From the NCBI GenBank assembly GCA_035577525.1, contig DATLVL010000009.1, forward strand, positions 1 to 21,849: DNA of 21,849 nt. The letters are read 5' to 3'. The notes beneath the pieces are model-generated. The model was not told where the DNA came from. It searched no databases and saw nothing but the letters and a program-made list of their open reading frames with translations. Shown piece by piece: positions 7,649 through 15,686 of this stretch. A program made the translations under genes and the position numbers. How positions within the stretch are numbered: the first letter of the stretch is position 1; every line of letters begins with the position of its first letter. Origin of the DNA: Gemmatimonadales bacterium (GTDB taxonomy: Bacteria > Gemmatimonadota > Gemmatimonadetes > Gemmatimonadales > GWC2-71-9).

Positions 7649-8352
7649 CACATTCTCCTTCTGTTGCGTTCTCCCTCGACGGTGGCATATCCGAGCAGCA
7701 TCGCCGCGGTATACCGGAACGTCCGCTCCCGGAACGCCACGAAGCACACGGCGGCCCCCAACACGCTGAGCAGGAAGAGCTGGGCGCGGATGATCGGGAA
7801 CGGGCCGATCGTGCCCTGGCTGTCGAGGGCCCGCACCGGGTCCCACAGCGGGAGGATCGGAGCGAAGGCGGCGGTGGTGAGGATGAAGCCGCGTGCCAGC
7901 CGATATTGGTCGCGACGCGACTGTACCGCCTCCCACACGGCGGGCGCGCGCGTCAACAGCTCGTATTCCAGGGCCTGCAGGAACGCGCCCGACTTGCGCA
8001 GTCGATCGGCGCCCTCGGCCTTGATGACCTCGGCGTAGCTCGGGCCGCCGGGGAACGTCTGCAGGTCACCCAGGTCGGCGAAGCGGTGCTGCACCGTAGG
8101 ACTCACGAGCACCTTCATGGCCCAGCGCTCCTTGGGGCCATGGAACACACTGCGGGAAATCGTGTGCACCACGACGCCGAGGGCCGCCGAGGCCGTAAAC
8201 AGGAGCGCGATCCACACCACGGCCTGGGTGGGACCCCATTGGGGCATGGACAGGTTGAACGTGGGGGATGCCACATCGAGGACCAGAGCCACCCACACCA
8301 TGGCGTAGAACCCATGCACCAGGGTGGTCCCGCCAAGCGTAAACGGGCGCAT
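7648..8352 (-). CDS. hypothetical integral membrane protein (234 aa), translationally coupled to the pilin gene
   Basis: ATG at 8352..8350 with GGGAGG 8 nt upstream (the ORF track's TTG at 8391 is an extension). There are hydrophobic segments at both ends (LVHGFYAMVWVALVL, AVVWIALLFTASAALGVVV, GFILTTAAFAPILPL, LFLLSVLGAAVCFVAF). The stop TGA overlaps the pilin ATG (ATGA at 7648). I recognise no family. Confidence 0.6.
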   Translation of the reverse strand: MRPFTLGGTTLVHGFYAMVWVALVLDVASPTFNLSMPQWGPTQAVVWIALLFTASAALGVVVHTISRSVFHGPKERWAMKVLVSPTVQHRFADLGDLQTFPGGPSYAEVIKAEGADRLRKSGAFLQALEYELLTRAPAVWEAVQSRRDQYRLARGFILTTAAFAPILPLWDPVRALDSQGTIGPFPIIRAQLFLLSVLGAAVCFVAFRERTFRYTAAMLLGYATVEGERNRRRM

Positions 8353-8568
8353 CACCGCAACCTCCCATACCGGGTTGGAGAGGCGGGCCAAGATACGTCG
8401 GGACTTGGAGCGTGCGGCGCGGTCCGAGACCGCACGAAGTGGGCCACGGACCGTGGTGGGGGGCCGCTATTGCGGCGTGTTGCCGGGCTGCAGCAAATGG
8501 TCGCAAGGTCGTGACACAACCATCTGCGGGTTTCCGTTGTCTTATGTGGGAACCCTCGCGGAAGGCCT

Positions 8569-11121
8569 ATGCTCTTAGCGGTGCCGTTCCTTGCAGCCGT
8601 CACGTTTGCGATACAGGCGCCTGACCCCCCAGCCCCCGCCCCTTCCCTGCCGAAAGGGGTGACCGCAACCCGCGCCGATCGCGCGCCCGTCATCGACGGG
8701 CGGGACGACGACGCCGTGTGGAAACAGGCGGTCCCGATCACAAGCTTTCAGGAGTGGCGGCCGAGTGAGGGAGGGCCGCCGAAGCTGCCGACGGAGGCGA
8801 AGGTGGCGTACGACGCGGCCAATCTGTACGTCTTCGTGCGGGCGTTCGACCCGCACCCCGACAGCATCATTACGGTCCTCGCCCGGCGCGATTACTTCAC
8901 GCCGTCAGACATGATCTGGCTGTTTCTCGACTCCTATCACGACCGCCGCACCGGCTTCGAGTTCGGCGTGAACCCGTCGGGGGTGAAGCTCGACGCGCAG
9001 ATCTTCAACGACGGCAACGAGGACTTCGCCTGGGACGCGGTGTGGGACGTGGCCACACAAAGGGATTCGCTCGGCTGGACGGCGGAGTTCCGCATCCCGT
9101 TGTCACAGCTGCCCTACGGCCACCAGCGCTCCCACACCTTCGGGTTTACGGTAGACCGCGACATCTACCGCTACTCCCAGCGGGTGAGCTGGCCGCTGTT
9201 TCACCAGTCGCAGGCGGGGTTCGTGTCGCAGTTCGGGGAAATCGACGGATTGGACGGCCTCGAGGAGCCGCGGCGGCTGGAGGCGGCGCCGTATGTCGTC
9301 ACCAAGAACGTGTCGCAGTTCACGGCGACGGGCATCGGGCGCCAGCAGGACCTCACGATCGGCGGCGACTTGAAATACCGCGTCGCGCCGAACCTGAAGC
9401 TCGACGCCACGGTCAATCCCGACTTCGGCCAGGTCGAGGCCGATCCCGGCGTGCTCAACCTGTCGGCGTTCGAGACATTCTTCCGCGAACAACGCCCGTT
9501 CTTCGTGCAGGGCGCGGGCACGTTCCAGTTCAACGTCAACTGCACCGCGGTGAACGATTGCAGCACCGGTGAGGGACTGGTCTATTCACGGCGCATCGGG
9601 CGCGCGCCCGAGCTCGCCGGCGTCTACTCGGACACCACGTCCTCGGCGTTCACGACGATCCTCGGCGCCGCCAAGCTCACCGGCCGCCTGCCGGGCGGCC
9701 TGGCGATCGGGGCCATCGATGCGGTGACGGCGCACGAGACGGGGGTCGGCGGCGTGACGATCGAGCCGCTGACCAACTACGGCGTGCTGCGTCTGCGCCA
9801 GGATCTGCGCGGCGGTGAGAGCAGCATCGGCGGCATCGTCACCGCGGTGAATCGCGAGAGCGACTCCTGGACCAACCCCTACCTGCACTCGAGCGCCACG
9901 GTCGGCGGCGTGGACTTCCGCCACCGCTTCCGGGGCGGCACCTACGAGCTGTCGGGCTCGGTCGATGGCAGCCGCGTGGCCGGCAGCGCCCAGGCGATCG
10001 CGGCGACGCAGCAGGACGCGACGCACTACTACCAGCGGCCCGACGCGGGATTGCACTTCGACTCGACCCGCACGTCGCTCAGCGGCGACGACGAGATGCT
10101 GCAGTTCGGCAAGGTGGGCGGCGCGCACGTGCTGTTCCAGTCGAACGTCGAGCGCCGCTCGCCGGGCTTCGAGATCAACGATCTCGGATATCTGCAGCGA
10201 GCCGACCAGGTCGCCTGGAGCACGTGGGCCGGTTACTTCGACCGCCACCGCCGCGCGTTCTATCAGCGGTTTCAGTGGAATTTCAACTGGTGGCAGTACT
10301 GGACGACCGGAGGGCTGCCCGAAGAGCGGGCGTTCAACACCAACACGCACACCACGTTCATCAACACGTGGTCGCTGCATTTCGGCGGCACGGTCGGTCA
10401 GCTGGGGACAACGTACTGCTACTCGTGCGCGCGCGGTGGCCCGGCGGTGCGCCAGGATCCCTACATCTCACCCTGGCTCGGCATCAGCGGCGATGACCGC
10501 AAGGCGATCGTGACGTACATGTGGATCAACTACTATCAGGGGGACGGCGGCCGCTCGCACAGCATCAGCCTGTCGCCGGAAGTCGACTTCAAGCTGGCGT
10601 CGCGCGTGACGGCGTCGATTTCGCCCAGCTACTCGCGCTCGCGCAACGACATCCAGCCTCTGGGATCCGCGACCGACTCTTTGAACGGCGTGCATTACCT
10701 GTTCGGCCATCTGGAGCAGAGGCAGCTGGCGATCACCGCGCGGTTCACCTACCCGTTCTCGGCGAACATGTCGCTGCAGGTGTACGCGCAGCCTTTCATC
10801 TCCAAGGGCACGTTCAGCAACGTCCGCGAGCTGTCGTCCAACCCGCGGGCGGCGGACTATGCCAGTCGCTATCAGGCGTACGGCGACACTGCCTACACGA
10901 ACAATGTCGGTGGCTTCAACTTCAAGCAGTTCCGGTCGAACGTCGTATTCCGTTGGGAGTATCGGCCGGGATCCACCCTGTTCGTGGTATGGAGCCAGGG
11001 CCGGCGCGGATTCAACGGTCTGGAGGGCACGCGCGGCTTCGGCGGCGACCTGAACGACCTGTTCAATTTGCGGGCGGACAACAGCTTCCTGGTGAAACTG
11101 TCCTACTGGATTAATCGCTAA
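8569..11121 (+). CDS. CBM9-like / DUF5916 family protein (carbohydrate-binding family 9-like N-terminus plus a large beta-rich C-terminal domain)
   Basis: ATG at 8569 with GGAAGG 5 nt upstream. The signal peptide is MLLAVPFLAAVTFA. The N-terminus ...APVIDGRDDDAVWKQA...WRPSEGG...AYDAANLYVFVRAFD...IWLFLD...FEFGVNPSGVKLDAQIFNDGNEDFAWDAVWDV...GWTAEFRIPL matches my memory of CBM9_2/DUF5916 proteins. It has an aromatic C-terminus (...SYWINR). Confidence 0.7.
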   Translation: MLLAVPFLAAVTFAIQAPDPPAPAPSLPKGVTATRADRAPVIDGRDDDAVWKQAVPITSFQEWRPSEGGPPKLPTEAKVAYDAANLYVFVRAFDPHPDSIITVLARRDYFTPSDMIWLFLDSYHDRRTGFEFGVNPSGVKLDAQIFNDGNEDFAWDAVWDVATQRDSLGWTAEFRIPLSQLPYGHQRSHTFGFTVDRDIYRYSQRVSWPLFHQSQAGFVSQFGEIDGLDGLEEPRRLEAAPYVVTKNVSQFTATGIGRQQDLTIGGDLKYRVAPNLKLDATVNPDFGQVEADPGVLNLSAFETFFREQRPFFVQGAGTFQFNVNCTAVNDCSTGEGLVYSRRIGRAPELAGVYSDTTSSAFTTILGAAKLTGRLPGGLAIGAIDAVTAHETGVGGVTIEPLTNYGVLRLRQDLRGGESSIGGIVTAVNRESDSWTNPYLHSSATVGGVDFRHRFRGGTYELSGSVDGSRVAGSAQAIAATQQDATHYYQRPDAGLHFDSTRTSLSGDDEMLQFGKVGGAHVLFQSNVERRSPGFEINDLGYLQRADQVAWSTWAGYFDRHRRAFYQRFQWNFNWWQYWTTGGLPEERAFNTNTHTTFINTWSLHFGGTVGQLGTTYCYSCARGGPAVRQDPYISPWLGISGDDRKAIVTYMWINYYQGDGGRSHSISLSPEVDFKLASRVTASISPSYSRSRNDIQPLGSATDSLNGVHYLFGHLEQRQLAITARFTYPFSANMSLQVYAQPFISKGTFSNVRELSSNPRAADYASRYQAYGDTAYTNNVGGFNFKQFRSNVVFRWEYRPGSTLFVVWSQGRRGFNGLEGTRGFGGDLNDLFNLRADNSFLVKLSYWINR

Positions 11122-11130
11122 CCGCGCATG

Positions 11131-11154
11131 GCCCCCGCCCGCTGTGGCGGGGGC
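11131..11154. terminator. GC-rich hairpin between convergent genes (candidate bidirectional terminator, no clear U-tract)
   Basis: 11131..11139 (gcccccgcc) pairs with 11146..11154 (ggcgggggc), with a 6-nt loop. It lies between the stop at 11121(+) and the stop at 11167(-). Confidence 0.45.
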
Positions 11155-11166
11155 CGCTCGGTCAGG

Positions 11167-11784
11167 TTATCGGCCGACTGCTTGCAGCTGGATCGACGAA
11201 GTGGTCGAGGGTGACCCGTTCGAGTTCGTCACCACGTTCTGAAGCTCCTCGTAGTGGAACAGCGCGCCATCGCTGGTCCGTGTCACGTTACCCTCCCATC
11301 GAAATGACGCCATGCTGCTTCCCAGGTTGACGTGGTACTGCACCAGACCACTGTACAACGTCGGCGTATTGGCAACGAAAGCACAGAATGTCGAGGCGAC
11401 GAAGGGAAAGACCTGCGAGATGTCCGTCCCCGAGTAGATCTCGACGTGCGTATTCGTGGCCTGGAGGAGCAGTCTGAAGGCCTGCGCGTCGGACGGCGTG
11501 CTGATCTGCTGGCCGTCGACGGTGTCGCGGGTCGTGAGGTTGGTGCAGGGAGAGACGTCGACAGGTCCGTGGATCGCCATCACGTTGCTCGCGGCATCCA
11601 CCGTGATCACTCGCACGAGAATCCCGTCCCGTCGAATGATAATCGGGCTGGGCGTGGATGGGTTGTCGGCGAAGTCGAATGCCGGATGAACAGATGGACC
11701 GGCTGCAGTCGCGGCCCGCTCCGAGCAGGCGAGCGGGGCGGACACCACGAACACCAGGAGCCCCATACGAAGTGACGCGGTCAT
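11167..11784 (-). CDS. hypothetical secreted protein / lipoprotein (205 aa)
   Basis: ATG at 11784..11782 with an AGGAGGAGG SD 7 nt upstream. MTASLRMGLLVFVVSAPLACSERAA is signal-peptide-like, with Cys after the hydrophobic core. The rest is Ser/Thr-rich. I recognise no family. Confidence 0.6.
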   Translation of the reverse strand: MTASLRMGLLVFVVSAPLACSERAATAAGPSVHPAFDFADNPSTPSPIIIRRDGILVRVITVDAASNVMAIHGPVDVSPCTNLTTRDTVDGQQISTPSDAQAFRLLLQATNTHVEIYSGTDISQVFPFVASTFCAFVANTPTLYSGLVQYHVNLGSSMASFRWEGNVTRTSDGALFHYEELQNVVTNSNGSPSTTSSIQLQAVGR

Positions 11785-11914
11785 ATATGCCTCCTCCTTG
11801 AGGTAGACGAAAACCCACGACATTCTTCACCCACGGGATGATGGTGCCGGCCCATCACGCTCCGGTCACGTATCGATCACCCCGTGTCGCTTCTCCACCC
11901 TGGAAGGGGACGTC

Positions 11915-13756
11915 GTGCTGCGGCTGAGCACGCTTGGCTCTCTCGGACTCACGCGAGCGGACGGCGTCCCAATCGCCGGGCTGCTGCAGCAGCCCAAGCG
12001 GATGGCGGTTCTCGTCTACCTCGCCGTAGACCAGCGCCACGGATCGATGCTGCGAGAAGCCGTGCGCAACGTGTTCTGGGGAGACCACCCCGAGCTCCGC
12101 GGGCGCCGCGCGCTCAATCAGGCGCTGTATGTCCTCCGGTCGTCGCTCGGAGCCGGTGTCATCGAATCACGTGGCGCGGTGGAGCTGCAGGTGAACGGTG
12201 CCGCGCTGCATTGTGATGCGGCTGCGTTCGATGCGGCGATTGAAGGCCGACGTCCGCTCGATGCGTTGGCGTTGTATCGCGGAGATTTTCTCCCCGGGCT
12301 CACCCTCTCCGACGCCGCGGAATTCGAGCGTTGGGTGGAGTCGACCCGGAGCCGCTTGCGGTTTCGTGCTGCCGATGCGGCCGCGGCGCTATTCACCTCC
12401 GCGTGTGCGGACGGGAATCTCCGGGAGGCGATTCGCTGGGGGCGCAAGCGCCTCGAGTTGCTGCCGACCGACGAGCTGGCGCTGCGCGAGTTGCTGGTGG
12501 TGTTCGCGGAAGCCGGCGACCGGGCGGCGGCGGCGGACGCGTACCGAGCGTTTGCACGAGATCTGGCTTCCGACCTGGAGATGGCTCCGTCCCCAGAGAC
12601 CCAGGAGCTGCTGCAACGGATCCGGGGCCCCGGCATTGCTCGCCCGAGTCGCCCGGCGTTTCAACCCACCGCCCCCGCGCCCGTGATTCGATTCCGCCGG
12701 CGACGCTGGCCTCTTGTGGCTCTCGCCGCGTCGCTCCTGGCCGCGATTGGGGTCACGGGAATCATCCACGACCACTCCGGCAGCAGAACGCGGAGCTCTC
12801 GAGACCGCATCTCCGCGGAATCGCTCACTCGCATGGGTCGGTTCTTTTGGAGCCGGCGAGACCGGGAGAGCTTACGATCCGCTACCCAATTGTTCAGGCG
12901 CGCGGTGGCGGCGGACGCAGGGTACGCCCCGGCATACAGTGGTCTCGCGGACACCTATACGTTGCGAGCCTGGTACGGAGACTCCGTGGACTCCTACTCG
13001 GCGGCGACCGCGGCGCAGGCACGAACGTTTGCGCTGACCGCGGTACAGTTGAACGACCAGCTCGCCGACGCGCACACCTCGCTCGGCGCCATCCAGGCCT
13101 GGTTCGATCGTGACTGGCGCCGGGCCGAGGCTGAGTATCGTCGCGCGATCTCGCTCGATTCGTGCGCCGCGACCGCCCATCAATGGCTTGCGCTGGGCCT
13201 CGCCACCCACGGTCGGATCGACGAGGCCGTCCGCGAAATGCGCACTGCTCTGCAGTGCGACTCGAGCTCTCCATCGATTGCGACCGACCTCGCGACGGTG
13301 CTGTTCTGGGCCGGTCACGATCGCGAGGCCCTGAGCCAGGTCCGTCTCGCGCTCGCGCTGGACCCGACCTCCCCCCGCGCGAGCGCGCAGCTCTGGCGCA
13401 TCTATATGGCGACCGGCCAGGATCGTCTGGCGATGGTCGCCCTCGAACAGGTCATTGCTGCCCGCGGGGGCTCGAGCGCCGACATTGGACGCTTGAACGG
13501 CGTGTATGCGAAACGGGGATTTCGCAGTGCCCTGGATTGGTGGGCGCAATCCCTGGAACACTCTTCCTACACGCCGGACCGTGCGATCCGCATCGCCGTG
13601 ATCTATGGCATGCTCAATCGCAACGAGCAGGCACTGCGGTGGCTGCTCAAGGCCCGTGAAGAAGGCAGCCAGTTCCTCCAGTTCGCTGCCGTAGATCCGG
13701 CGTTCGTGGCCTTGAGGGGAGACCCGTTGTTCAGGAGCATCGTTACGTCTCAATAG
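11915..13756 (+). CDS. membrane-anchored SARP/BTAD-family transcriptional regulator with a C-terminal TPR domain
   Basis: GTG at 11915 with GGAAGGGGA 4 nt upstream. The N-terminus has an OmpR/SARP-type winged-helix pattern (LSTLGSLGLTRADGVPIAG..QPKRMAVLVYLAV.....MLREAVRNVFWGD) followed by a BTAD-like region (LYRGDFLPGL...FERW...LRELLVVFAEAGDRAAAADAYRAFARDL). A single TM follows (RRRRWPLVALAASLLAAIGVTGII). The C-terminal ~300 aa have TPR-like Ala/Leu periodicity. Confidence 0.7.
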   Translation: MLRLSTLGSLGLTRADGVPIAGLLQQPKRMAVLVYLAVDQRHGSMLREAVRNVFWGDHPELRGRRALNQALYVLRSSLGAGVIESRGAVELQVNGAALHCDAAAFDAAIEGRRPLDALALYRGDFLPGLTLSDAAEFERWVESTRSRLRFRAADAAAALFTSACADGNLREAIRWGRKRLELLPTDELALRELLVVFAEAGDRAAAADAYRAFARDLASDLEMAPSPETQELLQRIRGPGIARPSRPAFQPTAPAPVIRFRRRRWPLVALAASLLAAIGVTGIIHDHSGSRTRSSRDRISAESLTRMGRFFWSRRDRESLRSATQLFRRAVAADAGYAPAYSGLADTYTLRAWYGDSVDSYSAATAAQARTFALTAVQLNDQLADAHTSLGAIQAWFDRDWRRAEAEYRRAISLDSCAATAHQWLALGLATHGRIDEAVREMRTALQCDSSSPSIATDLATVLFWAGHDREALSQVRLALALDPTSPRASAQLWRIYMATGQDRLAMVALEQVIAARGGSSADIGRLNGVYAKRGFRSALDWWAQSLEHSSYTPDRAIRIAVIYGMLNRNEQALRWLLKAREEGSQFLQFAAVDPAFVALRGDPLFRSIVTSQ

Positions 13757-13757
13757 T

Positions 13758-15581
13758 TCATTTCCTCGACTCCGGCGGCTGTGCCACCAGCTTGCCCGTG
13801 ATGAGCTGCGCCAGCAGCACGTCCACCAACGACCCGCCGTTCCCGCCCGCGCCGCCGGCGATCACGTCCGGCACCAGCTTCATCCCGCTCGCCGCCAGAG
13901 CCCTGGCGACCTCGATCGTCGCGTAGTTGCCGGGGTTGATGGCCTCACCTTTGCGCTTGAGTACTTCAGCTTCGGCGCTGCCCACGGCGGTGATCTTCTT
14001 GCCTTCGGCATCGCCCACCATCAAGAGCACACTGGCATCTGCCTCGGCGTTGATCCGCTTCGACTGCGCGTCGCCCTCGGCCTTCCGGATCCTGGTCTGG
14101 GCGTCGAACGTGGCGATCTCCACCTGCCGTTCCGCGTTCACCACCGACGGCTGCGTGTCGGCCTGCGCCTGGGCCTGGGCCAGCTCCTTGCGCACTTCCT
14201 GGGCCTGTTTCTGGGTGGCGTAGGTGACCCGCTCCTGCTCGGCCAGCTTGCGGTCCGTCAGCGTCTTCATGAGCGCCTCCGGCGGCACAATGTCCCCGAT
14301 CAGGGTGTCGACGGCTCCCACGTCGTACTCGGTGAGCGCGGTGGTGATGGCCACCCGTGCCTCACTCTGCCGGTTGACACGCTCCTTGAGGAAGTCGATC
14401 ACGTCCGATTTCTGCGCCGCGTTGCGGAAGTAGTTGCCGATAGTCGGCTCGAGCACCTGGGTCACGAGGTTGGCCATGCTGCCGAAGCGGGCGATGACTT
14501 TGGGGGCCGCGTTGCGCGGAATGTGAATGATCTGCGACACGTCGAGATTGAACGTGAACCCGTCTTGCGACCGCACTGTGATGCTGGAGAGCCGCTCGTC
14601 CAGCCTGTGCGCCTCGGTCTTGCCGGTGGCCCAGTTGAGCACGACGTTGGCGGTCGGCACGAGCTCGATATTGGTCGTGCGCGGGTTGATCGGATATTTG
14701 CCGGGGTCGAGCGGCTCCACCCACACCCCGCGCTGCCCCTTGACCACCATGTTGCCGTGCTTGAACTCCACGCCGGTCACGTCCGCGCCGAGCGAACCGA
14801 CGTAGGAAATCACGACGCCGACGTGCGCGATCGGGACGATCGTCATCTCCACGACTTCGACCTGCGCGAACCTGGGATTGAGGAAGTACCGGCCCGGGAG
14901 CAGCACTTCTTCCTGCAAGCCCTTGCGCCCGTGATGGTCCACGAACGCCTGGGCATCCTGAAACGAGTTGTGCCCATCGATCACCGGTCCCGCGATGTCC
15001 CCGGACCCGGTGGTCAACGGTTGGCCTTCCATTGTCTCGACGATGCCGATCTTGTCGGACGGAATCTCGATCGCCGGCGTGGGCCGGATGACGAACAAGG
15101 CGGTATTGATGCGGTAGTTGCCCGGCGGAATCACGGCGAGCTGGGGTCCGCGCTCGCCGCCGTTGGCCAGGAACGCGCGGGCGTTCTGGAACGAATCGCA
15201 CGACACCCGCTTGCCCAGCACGCGGCCGACGGCGATCGGCGCGCCGTCCTTGGCTTCCACGATGCCGATGGAGCCTTCCGGCAGCACGACGAAGCGCTGC
15301 AGCGTGGTCGCGTACTGCCACGGCCACAACCACCAGTGCAGCCCCGGTGCCAGCGTATCCGCCTGGATACCAGCCTCGCCCTTCAAGGCGATGATGCGCC
15401 CGTCGGGGAGCGTCTTGTTCGAGCCGACCAGCACGAATTTCTTGGTGACGATCCCGACGCTATCCTCCGGAACGATCACGATCCCGATCAGCCGCAGCAG
15501 CTTCTTGTATGCGAAGAGCGCGATCAGGACCAGTACAGCGACTCCACCCCACACGATGAAGCGAGCGAGATCCGCGTCCAT
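13758..15581 (-). CDS. flotillin-family (SPFH/band-7) membrane protein, FloT/YqiK-like
   Basis: ATG at 15581..15579 with GGGGGAG upstream. The N-terminal TM is FIVWGGVAVLVLIALFAY. An SPFH-like region follows, then a long Ala/Glu/Gln-rich coiled-coil (EQERVTYATQKQAQEVRKELAQAQAQAD...RIRKAEGDAQSKRINAEADA) and a Gly-rich tail. At 607 aa it is typical of bacterial flotillins. Confidence 0.8.
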   Translation of the reverse strand: MDADLARFIVWGGVAVLVLIALFAYKKLLRLIGIVIVPEDSVGIVTKKFVLVGSNKTLPDGRIIALKGEAGIQADTLAPGLHWWLWPWQYATTLQRFVVLPEGSIGIVEAKDGAPIAVGRVLGKRVSCDSFQNARAFLANGGERGPQLAVIPPGNYRINTALFVIRPTPAIEIPSDKIGIVETMEGQPLTTGSGDIAGPVIDGHNSFQDAQAFVDHHGRKGLQEEVLLPGRYFLNPRFAQVEVVEMTIVPIAHVGVVISYVGSLGADVTGVEFKHGNMVVKGQRGVWVEPLDPGKYPINPRTTNIELVPTANVVLNWATGKTEAHRLDERLSSITVRSQDGFTFNLDVSQIIHIPRNAAPKVIARFGSMANLVTQVLEPTIGNYFRNAAQKSDVIDFLKERVNRQSEARVAITTALTEYDVGAVDTLIGDIVPPEALMKTLTDRKLAEQERVTYATQKQAQEVRKELAQAQAQADTQPSVVNAERQVEIATFDAQTRIRKAEGDAQSKRINAEADASVLLMVGDAEGKKITAVGSAEAEVLKRKGEAINPGNYATIEVARALAASGMKLVPDVIAGGAGGNGGSLVDVLLAQLITGKLVAQPPESRK

Positions 15582-15626
15582 ACGGCACTCTCCCCCGGGC
15601 GCATGTTAGGCAGCGAACCGAGCGGT

Positions 15627-15632
15627 GATAAT
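15627..15632 (+). promoter_or_regulatory. candidate -10 element (GATAAT) in the divergent flotillin / cytochrome c intergenic region
   Basis: This is the only AT-rich island in the 105-nt intergenic region (ggtGATAATaac). A weak -35-like TTAGGC sits 15 nt upstream. Pattern only. Confidence 0.2.
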
Positions 15633-15686
15633 AACGCACCTTCCGCCGTCCGCTTTCGGACCGCACTATTACTGTTGTCCGCGCCA

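Noticed and set aside
7649-7936. 96-aa N-terminal extension of the pilin ORF (MGGGTVASRPISAG...)
   Set aside because: Pro/Arg/Gly-rich artefact. It is the antisense or overlapping frame of the upstream membrane-protein gene. The true start is ATG 7648 with an AAGGAG SD and a canonical prepilin leader.
12872-13753. 293-aa minus-strand ORF
   Set aside because: Antisense to the SARP/TPR regulator. Arg-rich with no recognisable domain.
14362-15333. 323-aa minus-strand ORF
   Set aside because: Alternative frame inside the flotillin gene. Extremely Arg/Gly-rich.
14523-15686. 5' two-thirds of + strand ORF 14523..16580
   Set aside because: Antisense to flotillin. Only the part from ATG 15687 (signal peptide plus two CxxCH) looks like a real protein, and the long upstream read-through lacks an SD-linked start.
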